NCBI GenBank assembly: GCA_049290195.1
Contig: JBATNE010000244.1
Span: 145 to 64,144, forward strand
Source of the DNA: Candidatus Zixiibacteriota bacterium
Lineage (GTDB): Bacteria > Zixibacteria > MSB-5A5 > GN15 > FEB-12
DNA length: 64,000 nt
Direction: 5' to 3'
In this document: positions 1-10,607 of the stretch, piece by piece
How positions within the stretch are numbered: position 1 is the stretch's first letter
How the letters are laid out: the number at the start of each line of letters is the position of its first letter
Notes under the pieces: generated by a model
What the model saw: only the letters and a program-made list of their open reading frames with translations
What the model was told of the DNA's origin: nothing
Databases searched by the model: none
Translations under genes and position numbers: made by a program

Positions 1-142
1 CCACAAAGCCGAATCCACGCGGGTTGCCGGTGAACTTGTCCTTGATGATGGCGACAGACGAAACCTGTCCGAATTCTTCAAAGACCTGACGCAGTGCGTT
101 TTCGTTAGCGTCGCGCGACAGGTTTCCGACGAAGATGTTCAT
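1..142 (-). CDS. RRM-type RNA-binding protein (C-terminus cut by window edge)
   Basis: Reverse translation from the ATG at 142 gives MNIFVGNLSRDANENALRQVFEEFGQVSSVAIIKDKFTGNPRGFGFV. It carries RNP-2 (IFVGNL) and RNP-1 (RGFGFV) motifs. AGGAG Shine-Dalgarno (complement of 148-152) lies 5 nt upstream. Confidence 0.8.
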   Translation of the reverse strand, partial: MNIFVGNLSRDANENALRQVFEEFGQVSSVAIIKDKFTGNPRGFGFV

Positions 143-459
143 AGAGACTCCTAGAAATGGGTGTTGCGGCAAGACGCACCAAAGCGTCCCACCTTTTAAT
201 TACGATCAGCTACTCTTTTCTTGAATGAACTCGACGATGATTCCGGAACTAAACGTTGAAATTGACTAGCTCGTTTGGACCTTGGTTGAGATTCAGTTCA
301 ACAGGGTGCCTTTCACTTCGAATACGAATATACACAAGGGTTATCGGTAACTCAACCTCTTTTTTTCACTATTTTGAGTCACCTGTCCACCCCCCGGCCT
401 GCCTACTGAATGATCCACAGCAGGTTAGACGCCCCTTTTTGGGACCCCCCAAGGACCCC

Positions 460-813
460 TTAACGGGGCTGATAGGGCATCCCATAAGTAGCCCGCTTGT
501 TCAGCTCCGACTGGACTATGAACCATACGGCCGGGATAAAGACGATGTACAGGACAAACAGCAGCCATCGATTCATCTGTCCCATGGTCATCCGTTCATA
601 CAGGCCGCAGTAGAAGTACCAGGAAAAAATTGCCCCAAACGGAACAAATAGCAGGATAGTCCAAAGTCCGGGGTTGGCGGACTCGTCTTTGTCCAGGTAA
701 GCCAGCTCGCAGGCGGTCTGGTAGAACCAGTAGATGGAGTAAAACCCCAAGGTGATGATCATCAACCCCACCTGTTTTCCCATACTACGGTACTTAACGC
801 CAGTCTCGTACAT
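460..813 (-). CDS. Small integral membrane protein, DUF4234-like
   Basis: 117-aa ORF with about 3 hydrophobic helices and Trp/Tyr-rich loops (FYSIYWFYQT, FSWYFYCG) typical of DUF4234 proteins. The overlapping + strand ORF 256-651 is Ser/Arg/Pro-rich antisense noise. Confidence 0.55.
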   Translation of the reverse strand: MYETGVKYRSMGKQVGLMIITLGFYSIYWFYQTACELAYLDKDESANPGLWTILLFVPFGAIFSWYFYCGLYERMTMGQMNRWLLFVLYIVFIPAVWFIVQSELNKRATYGMPYQPR

Positions 814-897
814 TTCGGTCTCCTTCAGTTATCCGGCAATTGGTGCCGTGACAGCTTATCTATACGATATTTGCCGTCTTAAGATACAAAAATCGGA

Positions 898-2631
898 CTA
901 CCCCCGTTGGCCGGCCGATTTGGCGATTCGGTACAAGAGGGGACCGAATTTGGGGTGTTCGAGCGATTTCACCACAAACTGCCGCTCCTGATTTCCCCCT
1001 TTAGCCCTAATCATCTCGGCAAGCGAACGGCGCTCCACGGAGCTCCATCGTGCAATCTCCGGCGATGTCGCCAACAGCGGAGCCATTTGCGCAAACGCCT
1101 GCTTCTGGAACGGACTCCATCCGGTCATGTTACCAACCCCGAGCCAGCGCTTGACGCGGACGAGACACTCCCGACCAGCCAGCGTTCTGTCACCCCCGAA
1201 TTCCCTGGCCACAAGATCGGTGACGGCGTTGCCAAGGTCTACCAGTGAAAGCTCATGGTAACTCGTTGCTTTTCGATCCGAAATCTTTTGAAAGACATCG
1301 CTCTTGGAGAGCCGGCGAAGCTTGACGACCGTTGATCGATACCCCGGATGACTCGCAATATAGGCAGCTTCCTTCTCCGCCGTGGCTCTGATCTCTCGCT
1401 TTACCGGGCGGAATCCCAGCTTGTAGTAGAACCAGAACGCTCCGGACATGATCGGCTCGTCATCCCCATCCCCAACCTGCCGACTCCGCACCAGGAGGAC
1501 GTCGGAACCAAAATGATGATGGAACAGCTTGAAGAACTGTTCGATGATAAACGATGATTCACCGGTCCTAAAGGCAGGGAAGACATTGATGGCGATTTCT
1601 ACGCGATTGAGCAGACAGGCACCGACACCGTAGCCAACGATCGTGTCGTTTCTGACCAGCATGGCGCCGAAATTGGCTTCGAGCGGAAGGCGGAATTCCG
1701 GTCTCGCGCCAAAGACAAAAATCCGCACACCTCGTCCCGGTTCGGCGCAGTATACTTCGGACGGATTCGCGCCGGTGATGGGATAGAGTTCTCGATATCT
1801 GACAGCAAGCGCTTCATTGATAATGCGGACATACCGGGCCCCTTCCTGTGGCGAAAGCAACTTCAGCTTCGGCGCCGGGGCGAGGATTTCTTTCCGAAGG
1901 TCAGGCGTGCGAGGCAGAATCGGTTCTTTCTGGAAGAACGGTTTCGTGTGAACCGCCTGTGCGAGCGTGCGCGAAGCCTGCGATCGTTCGACTTCCCATC
2001 GTGCGACTATGCCGGCGTTATCGTACAGGTACCGCTGAACTGCTATTGGCAGCCCCGATCTATCCAATAGCTTCAGCAAGGTGCCGAGATCTGAGCGTAT
2101 CTTTTTTCCCCTCGCTCGTTTGATCCACTCCTCGGTGGTCAATTCAAGAGCATTGTCCAGCGTGTCGTTCTCGTGGAATGACACCACGAGAGGGAGAAAG
2201 CCGCTGATGGCGCCGGATTCATCTTCGTCGGTCTCAACCCAATCCAATTCGAGTCTTCCCGGATACCAGTCCAACAGCATCTTGGTGAGATCAAAACTGA
2301 ACAAATGGCTGACTTCCGTATCCACCAATCCGGAGTTGAGCAAGGTTTCCTGCTGTTCTTCGCTGGTTTTCGAGCGCACGAACCTGACGCGGGCGTGAAA
2401 GGCTTTCAATTCCCGACGAGCCGCGCTGAGGATGGCCGGATTATCGGGGTAGGCGCTCAAGAACAGCAGCAAATCGTGGTAGGAAATGAGTGTCGCTACA
2501 CTGGTAATGCGTGCGGTGCGCAGAGCGCGGAGTGCTCGATACCGATTTTCGGCTGATGCCGGACTGAATTCTGTCTTGATGCCGTGAAGCGATTCGATCA
2601 GGCTCTTGATTCGACGTGGTTCCATTGGCAT
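898..2631 (-). CDS. Hypothetical 577-aa protein with a possible GNAT-like core
   Basis: Long uninterrupted ORF with balanced composition. The central segment (VGYGVGACLL...SGAFWFYYKLGFRP) resembles the acetyl-CoA-binding beta4-alpha3/alpha4 region of GNAT folds. No family recognised. Confidence 0.6.
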   Translation of the reverse strand: MPMEPRRIKSLIESLHGIKTEFSPASAENRYRALRALRTARITSVATLISYHDLLLFLSAYPDNPAILSAARRELKAFHARVRFVRSKTSEEQQETLLNSGLVDTEVSHLFSFDLTKMLLDWYPGRLELDWVETDEDESGAISGFLPLVVSFHENDTLDNALELTTEEWIKRARGKKIRSDLGTLLKLLDRSGLPIAVQRYLYDNAGIVARWEVERSQASRTLAQAVHTKPFFQKEPILPRTPDLRKEILAPAPKLKLLSPQEGARYVRIINEALAVRYRELYPITGANPSEVYCAEPGRGVRIFVFGARPEFRLPLEANFGAMLVRNDTIVGYGVGACLLNRVEIAINVFPAFRTGESSFIIEQFFKLFHHHFGSDVLLVRSRQVGDGDDEPIMSGAFWFYYKLGFRPVKREIRATAEKEAAYIASHPGYRSTVVKLRRLSKSDVFQKISDRKATSYHELSLVDLGNAVTDLVAREFGGDRTLAGRECLVRVKRWLGVGNMTGWSPFQKQAFAQMAPLLATSPEIARWSSVERRSLAEMIRAKGGNQERQFVVKSLEHPKFGPLLYRIAKSAGQRG

Positions 2632-2825
2632 AGAATTGAAATTCCCTTTCCCCAGTACCCGGACGGGTCATGGATATCCCCATGGTACGACAAAGGGGAA
2701 CAGACGGGCAATATTTATGTATCCGGCATCGGGCATGGACCGCTGATTACACCCAAAAAACCAGCCGAGTTATGTGAACTTTTTCGCAAACATACTGTTT
2801 TCACAACGAGGAAGGCACTACGGCA

Positions 2826-4169
2826 ATGGACCCACTGTTTCTCGCGCGAACTCAGTTCGCCTTCACTATCGGATTTCATTACCTCTTTCCCGTCCTGAGC
2901 GTTGGACTGGGGCTTATTCTCGTCTTCATGGAGGGGGCATATCTTCGGACCGACGACAGTCGCTATCATGACATGGCGCGCTTCTGGGTGCGCATTTTCG
3001 GACTCATCTTTGCCCTCGGTGTGGCGACCGGCATCGTCATGGAGTTTCAGTTCGGCACCAACTGGTCGACCTACTCCCGGTTTGTCGGGGACGTTTTCGG
3101 GAGTGCCCTGGCGGCCGAAGGGATTTTTGCCTTCTTCCTGGAATCTGGATTCCTCGCGATCCTCCTGTTTGGATGGAATAGAGTCTCCAAGCGGATGCAC
3201 TTCTTTGCTACCCTTATGGTGGCGCTCGGTGCCCATTTCAGCGCGATCTGGATCGTTATCGCAAACTCCTGGCAACAGACTCCGGCGGGACATCATATAG
3301 TCGGTGAAGGACTGGCCCGCCGCGCCGAGATCCTCGACTTCTGGCAGCTGGTATTCAATCCGTCGTCACTCGAGCGAATCTGGCATGTGTATATGGGATG
3401 CTGGCAAGCCGGCGCCTTTCTGGTCTTGAGCGTTTCCGCCTGGTATCTCTTGAAAAAGCGGCACAGGACATTCGCGCTTGATTCCATTCGAATTGCGCTT
3501 GCCGTCGCAGTCGTAGCTTCTTTGTTGCAACTGGTCAGTGGACACTCCAGTGCTCAGAAACTCGCCACCACGCAACCGATCAAGCTGGCTGCAATGGAGG
3601 GACATTTCGACTCCAGTGCAGTTGCCCCGGTCTATCTGTTCGGCTGGGTGGATGAAGCATCAGAGACGACCACCGGCCCCCACATCCCGGGATTTCTGAG
3701 CTACTTAGTGTACGACGATTTCAACAGACCGGTGACCGGGCTCAAGAGCGTTCCGGTGACCGAGCGTCCTCCGGTAAATGCGGTCTTTCAGACATATCAT
3801 GCGATGGTAGCTATCGGCTTCTTCCTGATTGCCGTGTCGCTCTTGGGAGCTTTCCTCTGGTGGCGAAAGAAAATCGCCGAGGTCCGGTGGTTTCTCTGGA
3901 TTCTCGTCTTCTCAGTGCTCGCACCGCAGGCAGCCAATCAGTTCGGATGGGGGACCGCCGAAATAGGGCGTCAACCGTACCTGGTTACCGGCTTACTTCG
4001 AACATCGGACGGACTTTCGAAGTCAGTGACTGCCGGAGAGATCATCACTTCGCTCGTCCTCTTCGGTCTGATCTATCTCCTTCTCGGTGTCCTGTTCGTC
4101 TATTTGCTCAATGAGAAGATCAAGCATGGGCCGACCGAAGAACCTATAGTAGTCGGGAGGCGGGCATGA
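2826..4169 (+). CDS. cydA: Cytochrome bd ubiquinol oxidase subunit I
   Basis: N-terminus [29 protein letters not shown] is the canonical CydA start. Multi-pass membrane protein with a Q-loop region. ATGA overlap with the next gene. Confidence 0.95.
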   Translation: MDPLFLARTQFAFTIGFHYLFPVLSVGLGLILVFMEGAYLRTDDSRYHDMARFWVRIFGLIFALGVATGIVMEFQFGTNWSTYSRFVGDVFGSALAAEGIFAFFLESGFLAILLFGWNRVSKRMHFFATLMVALGAHFSAIWIVIANSWQQTPAGHHIVGEGLARRAEILDFWQLVFNPSSLERIWHVYMGCWQAGAFLVLSVSAWYLLKKRHRTFALDSIRIALAVAVVASLLQLVSGHSSAQKLATTQPIKLAAMEGHFDSSAVAPVYLFGWVDEASETTTGPHIPGFLSYLVYDDFNRPVTGLKSVPVTERPPVNAVFQTYHAMVAIGFFLIAVSLLGAFLWWRKKIAEVRWFLWILVFSVLAPQAANQFGWGTAEIGRQPYLVTGLLRTSDGLSKSVTAGEIITSLVLFGLIYLLLGVLFVYLLNEKIKHGPTEEPIVVGRRA

Positions 4170-5188
4170 GTTTCGATCTCAACACCATCTGGTTCATTCT
4201 GGTCGGCACCCTCTTTTCAGGCTATGCTATGCTCGACGGCTTTGATCTCGGAGTCGGTGCCTTGCACCTGTTCACCCGCACCGACGTAGATCGGCGAACC
4301 ATGCTGAATGCCATCGGTCCGGTGTGGGATGGGAATGAAGTCTGGCTGGTCACCGGCGGCGGAGCCCTATTCGCGGCCTTTCCCGATGTTTATGCAACGG
4401 CGTTCTCCGGGTTCTATATCCCGTTTATGCTGCTCCTATTTGCGCTGATTTTCCGAGCGGTGGCTATTGAATTCCGCAGTAAACAGGAATCGAAATCATG
4501 GCGGCAGGCATGGGACATTAGCTTCAGCGCCGCAAGCATACTGGCTGCGCTCTTGATCGGCATCGCGCTCGGCAATATCGCCTGGGGGATACCGCTTGGT
4601 CCGGATCGGGAATTCGCCGGGACACTGCTTGGGCTGGTCAGGCCGTTCCCATTGCTGGTCGGTTTGACTACAGTCGCGCTGTTCGTGATGCACGGGGCCA
4701 TCTATGTGGTGCTCAAGACCGAAGGTGAACTGCACCTTAAGGCGCGCACGTGGGTGCGCAACGGAATCATCTTCTTCATCATCTGCTATGCCGTTACGAC
4801 CCTGTTCACCCTGCTCTATGTCCCGCACATGACTGTTGCCATCAAGTCACATCCCGGTTTGTTTCTTATCCCGCTTGTTACCATCCTTGCCATTGCGAAT
4901 ATCCCTCGGGCGATTCATCTCGGGAATGACTTCCAGGCGTTTATCTCGAGTTGTGCGGCGATAGTGGCACTGCTGGCGCTCTTTGGAATTGGGATGTTCC
5001 CGAACTTAATCTACTCCTATCCCAATCCGGAGCTCAGTCTGACCATACACAATGCTGCTTCTTCGCCGCGAACCCTGAAGATCATGCTCATCATGGCCGG
5101 ATTGGGAATTCCGATGGTTGTGGCCTACACGGTCAGTATCTATTGGGTCTTTAGGGGCAAAGTGAAGATCGAGTCACACAGCTACTAG
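4166..5188 (+). CDS. cydB: Cytochrome bd ubiquinol oxidase subunit II
   Basis: [31 protein letters not shown] is the canonical CydB N-terminus. Translationally coupled to cydA. Confidence 0.95.
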   Translation: MSFDLNTIWFILVGTLFSGYAMLDGFDLGVGALHLFTRTDVDRRTMLNAIGPVWDGNEVWLVTGGGALFAAFPDVYATAFSGFYIPFMLLLFALIFRAVAIEFRSKQESKSWRQAWDISFSAASILAALLIGIALGNIAWGIPLGPDREFAGTLLGLVRPFPLLVGLTTVALFVMHGAIYVVLKTEGELHLKARTWVRNGIIFFIICYAVTTLFTLLYVPHMTVAIKSHPGLFLIPLVTILAIANIPRAIHLGNDFQAFISSCAAIVALLALFGIGMFPNLIYSYPNPELSLTIHNAASSPRTLKIMLIMAGLGIPMVVAYTVSIYWVFRGKVKIESHSY

Positions 5189-5254
5189 TATCGGTGACGA
5201 CCGGACACTGTTCCGAGAGAGTTGGGTAACAGAAAAAAGCGGGGGAATTGCGGG

Positions 5255-7885
5255 CTAAAGAATAACAGCCAGCTTGCCTATTTGCACTTTGCCGTCGATA
5301 TCTTCGACCGTCCAATAATACAGCCCGGACACAATTGCCTGCGTGTTGCGGCTGATCATGTCCCAGACTTCGTAATGGCACTTGGAATCCGCGGGACTCA
5401 CATCGTGGTCAATCTGCTTGATCAAGTCGCCGTCGAGCGTCAGAATTCTGATCGTGCACTTGGCCGGAACGTTGACGAAATGGACGGCGTGTGCCCGGCT
5501 ATCCGGCAAGTCCAGTTTACCGTGGGCTTCGTACCCCTGGGTGCGGTAATTGGCATCCCCTCGATACGGATTCGGATAGATATAGACCGGAGGGAGTGGT
5601 CCGGAGGCCTGATTGGCATCAGCCTGCGGATAAGTGGCTATGGGGTTCAGGGACTTGGCCGTTTCCAGCGGCTGCAGGCCTTGCTGCGGTGAGCCGTAGT
5701 CAAAGGACGTCACGTTTACATAATAGAGCAGGGTCGGGAGGAGCTGGTCAATCGTGCATTCGTATTCCCAGTACTTGAGGAAACCGTCATCGGTCAGATC
5801 TTCCGGTGCCGGGTTATGTGGATCGACCGGGCGAGGTGCATTGGGAAAGCGCTTATAGATCGGCGTGTTGATTCCCAGCTTGAAAGCGTTGGCATCATGA
5901 GCGGCAAAGTAGAAGATGGAATCCGGATAGATCGCGCTTCGCCACGGATTGTCTATCCCAAAGAAGACCGGGTCGAGGAGCGTGTCATTGCACGGGTCAT
6001 CCTGCTTGCTGAAGCGGCACCGAATCGCCGATAGGGATACCGGTGTCCCCTGGAGTTCCCATCCGGGGCGAGGTTTGTGATTCTTATTGAAGAAGTAGAT
6101 ATCATAGTCTTCCCGGTCATATGATCCGATCAGGGCAAGACTTCCTTCCCGCTCATCGAGTCCCAGATAGACGTGATAGCCTTCAAAATCCAGTTCATTG
6201 GTGAGAAAGTCTCTGGTTGTTTCCGTGCGGTATCCGTTGAACCGGACGATCAAGCCATCACGCTTGGGGTAGACCCAGACTTTCGGCGCGGGAGGCGGCG
6301 ACGACGCCTTCCAGTCAGGCACGCCGTCCCCTTCGTAATAAATGGTGTCGGCCGATGAGGGCTTCCATTCTCCGTCGACTTTTTCAGAGTCGATTACGCA
6401 CACCTGAAATTTGCCGGCATAACCGTCGCTGTCGGTGTCGAGGCCGGGCGTGTCAAAAACCCGCGCAGCCCAGGCGGCATTCTTGGACAGTTCGGAGAAA
6501 TTCAGGTCATTGTAGAACTGGTACGGCAGGTACCGCCACATAATCTGGTAGAAGAAATTGTTCACGTCGGTATGGAAATTCTCTGCACCGACGATAGCGA
6601 ACGGAACGTTGATTTCATCGCCCGGGTCCAGATTGTAGGGCCCAGTGGACATGAGGAAACTTCCGTCTCCCCCTCGGATAAATGTCCGCACTTCGTCCTC
6701 GTTGGGCACGGCGACAACCGGATCGACCTGCGACAGCGTTCCGAGCCAGGCCTGATCGATGTCAATATCACCGTTGTGCAGCAAGAAATACTTGTTCTTG
6801 TCCCCGTACGGTGTGCCGGTCCCCATGTCCCGGTAATTACTGCGAAGCTGCGGACCGTAATCATACGGGCCGTTGATCGCCCACCAGTTGAACGACATGG
6901 CACGTTCCGCGGAAGGCGGCCGCAGGAAGCGAACGCCCAGAACATTGGGGAGCTGAAAAGTTCCGTCGTAGATAGAACCGTCGCCATCGTTGTCCGCTGT
7001 CCAGGCTACACGGACCGTATCATTGAATTCGCACGGAGTGGTGAGATACTTCGCCGGAGCAGCCAGAAGGAACCCGGTCATGTCGTCCCGACCACCTCCC
7101 GGAAACTTGAAGGCGCCGCCATCGCCGACCGGCGGCGGGGGAGGGAATGTCAGAAACCTGTTCACGTCGATATCCATGTAGACACCGACATAGGCGCTCT
7201 TGATGGAATTTCTCCCAACGTTTCTGATTCTCAGGTTGAAAAGAATGAAGTCCTGCGTATAACCGAAAGACCAGACGTACGATGACTGTTGCACCTCAAG
7301 GCCGAGCGGGCGGTGCGGACGATTAGTCTCCGCGTCGATCGATGGATATGCATTCGGGGCGACCACCGTATCAGTATACGTGGCGATAAAGTCCTGTTCG
7401 CTGACGGCCCCGTCGTAGAGCGGCGAAAGGGGATCGATCGATGACCGGCGGACGATTTGTCCCAGCGGAGCGACCCCCGGATTGAACTCTCGATAAAAGT
7501 TGTTCATGTCGGTACTGGCAGATACAAGTGTATCATTCCCAACGACGCCGCCGATCCAAATCCCGCCTTTGTACAGGTAGACCGTGGCCGAACCCCTGGG
7601 GAACTGGCACGAGGGGGCAATGCCTCCGTTAAACGCATCGATAACCGGGTCATCTTTGCCCGTGCCGAAACGTCCGAAATTGGAGACTGAGAGTGCCATC
7701 TTGCCAATATTGTGCACGGCAGTTTGATACATGGGAGAGGCGGCGAGCGCTGACGATTGTCTCGTCCTCGTGCTGTCCTGGGCCCACAGGCCCGGCGCCA
7801 AAAACCCGAGGGCAATCGCGATTTGCAGTGGATTCCGGATTGACCCAACTATAGTCGCGCCGAGGTGTCGAAGAGTCGTTTTCAC
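5255..7885 (-). CDS. Large secreted protein with T9SS-type C-terminal sorting domain
   Basis: The C-terminal ~90 aa begin at YIYPNPYRG and end ...GLYYWTVEDIDGKVQIGKLAVIL, a Por_Secre_tail-like pattern. A signal-peptide-like segment (KTTLRHLGATIVGSIRNPLQIAIALGFLAPGLWAQD) follows a GTG at 7885. The ORF is open up to 8113, but that 76-aa extension is not protein-like. Confidence 0.7.
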   Translation of the reverse strand: MKTTLRHLGATIVGSIRNPLQIAIALGFLAPGLWAQDSTRTRQSSALAASPMYQTAVHNIGKMALSVSNFGRFGTGKDDPVIDAFNGGIAPSCQFPRGSATVYLYKGGIWIGGVVGNDTLVSASTDMNNFYREFNPGVAPLGQIVRRSSIDPLSPLYDGAVSEQDFIATYTDTVVAPNAYPSIDAETNRPHRPLGLEVQQSSYVWSFGYTQDFILFNLRIRNVGRNSIKSAYVGVYMDIDVNRFLTFPPPPPVGDGGAFKFPGGGRDDMTGFLLAAPAKYLTTPCEFNDTVRVAWTADNDGDGSIYDGTFQLPNVLGVRFLRPPSAERAMSFNWWAINGPYDYGPQLRSNYRDMGTGTPYGDKNKYFLLHNGDIDIDQAWLGTLSQVDPVVAVPNEDEVRTFIRGGDGSFLMSTGPYNLDPGDEINVPFAIVGAENFHTDVNNFFYQIMWRYLPYQFYNDLNFSELSKNAAWAARVFDTPGLDTDSDGYAGKFQVCVIDSEKVDGEWKPSSADTIYYEGDGVPDWKASSPPPAPKVWVYPKRDGLIVRFNGYRTETTRDFLTNELDFEGYHVYLGLDEREGSLALIGSYDREDYDIYFFNKNHKPRPGWELQGTPVSLSAIRCRFSKQDDPCNDTLLDPVFFGIDNPWRSAIYPDSIFYFAAHDANAFKLGINTPIYKRFPNAPRPVDPHNPAPEDLTDDGFLKYWEYECTIDQLLPTLLYYVNVTSFDYGSPQQGLQPLETAKSLNPIATYPQADANQASGPLPPVYIYPNPYRGDANYRTQGYEAHGKLDLPDSRAHAVHFVNVPAKCTIRILTLDGDLIKQIDHDVSPADSKCHYEVWDMISRNTQAIVSGLYYWTVEDIDGKVQIGKLAVIL

Positions 7886-8274
7886 AGTGGCTGTAAGTAT
7901 AGGCCCCTGTGCCCGGTACCACAAGAGGGAATTCCCCTTATCGTCGCTGGGAACTCCCTGTCGCAAATTCTGCTCTTGAAACACGTTACCCGCTCCGCCC
8001 GCCCGGTGAGGTCCGAGTGTGCATTTTTTGCACTCCGGGACAGACCGGGCCGGTGGAATAATACTGGACTCGGTCAGTCCATTTAGCGACCTTGCCGGGT
8101 GGAAATACGACATTTTGTCGGATGATGATTCAGAGAAATTACTCTTACCCCGATAATAATTAAGGTGGAACAGCAGTGGACATTACGAAACGCTCTTTTG
8201 GTGTATCCCGGGCTTTGCGTAAAGTGCGTGGACATGGGGGTGGACTGCCGGACGGTCCAAGCGGGAATGGGACA

Positions 8275-8811
8275 ATGGTAAAACGAATATCAACGATGCT
8301 CTTCGTACTTTTCCTTCTGGTCGCGGCCAATGGTCGCGCCGATGGAGATGACGATAATTACAAGGCGGACTTCATCATCAAATTGTTCAGCTATGTCGAT
8401 TGGCCCGCCGGCAAGGCAGCCGGCGCCGATGGTGCCGTTACGGTCGGTGTTGTGGGTCCCGCGAGTTGTATGGCTCAGCTGAAAGCCGCCGCCGACAAAC
8501 GTACCGGTGAAGGCAAGAAGACGATCGTCAAGGAGCTTGCTATCGACGGTGACTTTTCGGGCTGCCAGGTGGTGTTCTTTCAGACTCAGGAGAAACCGGA
8601 GTTGGCAAAGATCCTCAAGAAGATTGGTGGTCAGCCGATCCTCAGTGTCGGTGACTGTCCGGGCTTTGCCAAGTTCGGCGTCATGGTGAATTTCTATACC
8701 GAGGCTGACGGCGGCAAGACCAAAGTGAAATTCGAGATCAATACGGTTACAGTGGGGGATGCGCAGTTAAAGATCAGTTCGAGCTTGTTGAAATTGGCTC
8801 GCCTGATTTAG
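8275..8811 (+). CDS. YfiR-like periplasmic protein (DUF4154)
   Basis: Signal peptide MVKRISTMLFVLFLLVAANGRADG. YKADFIIKLFSYVDWP and the C-terminal FEINTVTVGDAQLKISSSLLKLARLI match the DUF4154/YfiR pattern. Confidence 0.7.
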   Translation: MVKRISTMLFVLFLLVAANGRADGDDDNYKADFIIKLFSYVDWPAGKAAGADGAVTVGVVGPASCMAQLKAAADKRTGEGKKTIVKELAIDGDFSGCQVVFFQTQEKPELAKILKKIGGQPILSVGDCPGFAKFGVMVNFYTEADGGKTKVKFEINTVTVGDAQLKISSSLLKLARLI

Positions 8812-8867
8812 TCGGCATCGCAGGCGCGGCCCGCTGAAGGTCGAGCCGCAGGAGAGAGGAACGGGAC

Positions 8868-10523
8868 ATGCTTCGCTTTAGAGACTTTCCAATCAAAATA
8901 AAGCTGGCCCTTACCATCATGGCTACGACTTTCGGCGCGCTTGCCGTAGCCTGTGGAATCTTTGTCGTCAAGGACCGTGCCGCCACACGGTCGGGTATGG
9001 TCAATCACTTGACCATCGTGACTGAGACTCTGGCGTCCAACTGCGCCAGCGCCGTAAGTTTTGATGACGACAAAGCCGCGACCGAGGCATTGGCTTCATT
9101 GAAATCTGACCCACACATTGAATCGGCCGTCATTGTCAAAACCGACGGCAAAGCGTTTGCCAGTTATTCCGCGAACGGCACGCCGATCGTCGCGGAAGCG
9201 GCCTCGGTCAATGGATTTACCTTCACCGACCATAACCTCGTGGTCTCCAGGCAAATGATGGCGGAAGGAAAAATCGTTGCGACGCTCGTCGTGAAATCAA
9301 ATCTGACTGAACTGACCGACCGCCTTATGTGGTTTCTCTCCACAGCGGGATTGGCGCTCATTGTAGCCCTCGCGCTTTCATGGGCGATCGCCGTGTTTTC
9401 TCAGCGGTTTATCTCCACGCCACTGATCGACCTCGCCAAAGCTGCCGATGCCATCGCCGTCGGCAACATTGACCAGCGCACCGACTACAAGTCGGCCGAT
9501 GAAATCGGCGGACTGTATGAGTCCTTCCGTCGCTTGACCTCATACATTCGCGAACTTACGTCCGCCGCCGAGCGGGTCGCCGAGAATGATCTGACCGTTG
9601 AAATCGCGCCAAAATCGCAGCAGGATGTTCTGTCCCTCGCCTTCCGAACCATGGTCGTCAATCTCCGGAGCATTCTCTTCCAGCTCAGAGAGCAGGCCCA
9701 GACCATGGTGTCCGCCGGCACTCAGATTTCGACGTCGGCTGAGCAGATGTCACGCGGTGCCAAGGAACAGGCCACGCGCATTTCCGATGTATCGTCGGCG
9801 ATGGAAGAGATCAGTTCGACCGTAATCGAATCTGCGAGCAACGCCAGCTCCGCCAGCGACGTTTCTCGAGATGCTTCCACTACCGCCACCACCGGTGGGC
9901 AGTTGGTGTCGCAGACGATCAAAGAGATGGAGAAGATCGAAGCCGAAGTGCGGCAGTCTGCCGAGATGATCGGCAAGCTGGCGAAATCGTCAGAGCAAAT
10001 TGGCGATATCGTGAGCGTCATTAGTGAAATTGCCGACCAGACCAACCTCCTTGCCCTCAACGCCGCAATCGAAGCGGCTCGTGCTGGTGAATCCGGCCGT
10101 GGATTTGCAGTTGTGGCGGACGAAGTGCGGAAATTGGCCGATCGTACCGCAAAAGCCACCGGCGAAATCGCCCAAATGGTGAAGGGTATTCAGGCCGAAA
10201 CCGACCAGGCAGTCAAATCTATGAACTCAGGAATTCAGCAGGTTCACAAAGGTCGCGAATTGGCCGACAAGGCGGGTGACAGCCTCAGCGAAATTCTCTC
10301 CACCACCCAGCGGGTTGCCAACATCATCCACCAGATTGCCATGGCCACCGAACAGCAGTCCAACGCGACTGAAGAAGTCTCAAAGAGTGTCGAACACATC
10401 TCCTTTGTAACCAAAGAGACGGCGGTGGGAGCCGAGCAGTCTGCCAAAACCGCAGACCAGCTCAACCATCAGGCCGAGGCGCTGGAGAAACTGGTCAATC
10501 GCTTCAAGCTTCAGGCGTCATAG
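8868..10523 (+). CDS. Methyl-accepting chemotaxis protein with CHASE8-like periplasmic sensor and HAMP
   Basis: Highly conserved MCP signalling hairpin ([40 protein letters not shown]). The N-terminal TM-sensor-TM region ([40 protein letters not shown]) resembles CHASE8. Confidence 0.9.
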   Translation: MLRFRDFPIKIKLALTIMATTFGALAVACGIFVVKDRAATRSGMVNHLTIVTETLASNCASAVSFDDDKAATEALASLKSDPHIESAVIVKTDGKAFASYSANGTPIVAEAASVNGFTFTDHNLVVSRQMMAEGKIVATLVVKSNLTELTDRLMWFLSTAGLALIVALALSWAIAVFSQRFISTPLIDLAKAADAIAVGNIDQRTDYKSADEIGGLYESFRRLTSYIRELTSAAERVAENDLTVEIAPKSQQDVLSLAFRTMVVNLRSILFQLREQAQTMVSAGTQISTSAEQMSRGAKEQATRISDVSSAMEEISSTVIESASNASSASDVSRDASTTATTGGQLVSQTIKEMEKIEAEVRQSAEMIGKLAKSSEQIGDIVSVISEIADQTNLLALNAAIEAARAGESGRGFAVVADEVRKLADRTAKATGEIAQMVKGIQAETDQAVKSMNSGIQQVHKGRELADKAGDSLSEILSTTQRVANIIHQIAMATEQQSNATEEVSKSVEHISFVTKETAVGAEQSAKTADQLNHQAEALEKLVNRFKLQAS

Positions 10524-10570
10524 TCAAAAGCTGGGACAGAGCGACGGATGTCGTGATGTAACCAAGTCAG

Positions 10571-10605
10571 CCCGGAGAAGAGAAGTCTCTTCTTCGGGTT
10601 TTTCT
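10571..10605 (+). terminator. Rho-independent terminator after the MCP gene
   Basis: CCCGGAGAAGAG-AAGT-CTCTTCTTCGGG stem-loop (one G-U pair) followed by TTTTTCTTTC. Confidence 0.65.
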
Positions 10606-10607
10606 TT

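Noticed and set aside
256-651. 131-aa plus-strand ORF
   Set aside because: It overlaps the DUF4234-like membrane protein gene on the other strand. It has a TTG start with no SD, and its translation is Pro/Ser/Leu-rich.
8015-8035. GTGCA-N5-TGCAC dyad, considered as a second SOS box
   Set aside because: The half-site orientation and spacing are inverted relative to TGCAC-N4-GTGCA. It is more likely a simple hairpin in the promoter or 5' region of the T9SS cargo gene.
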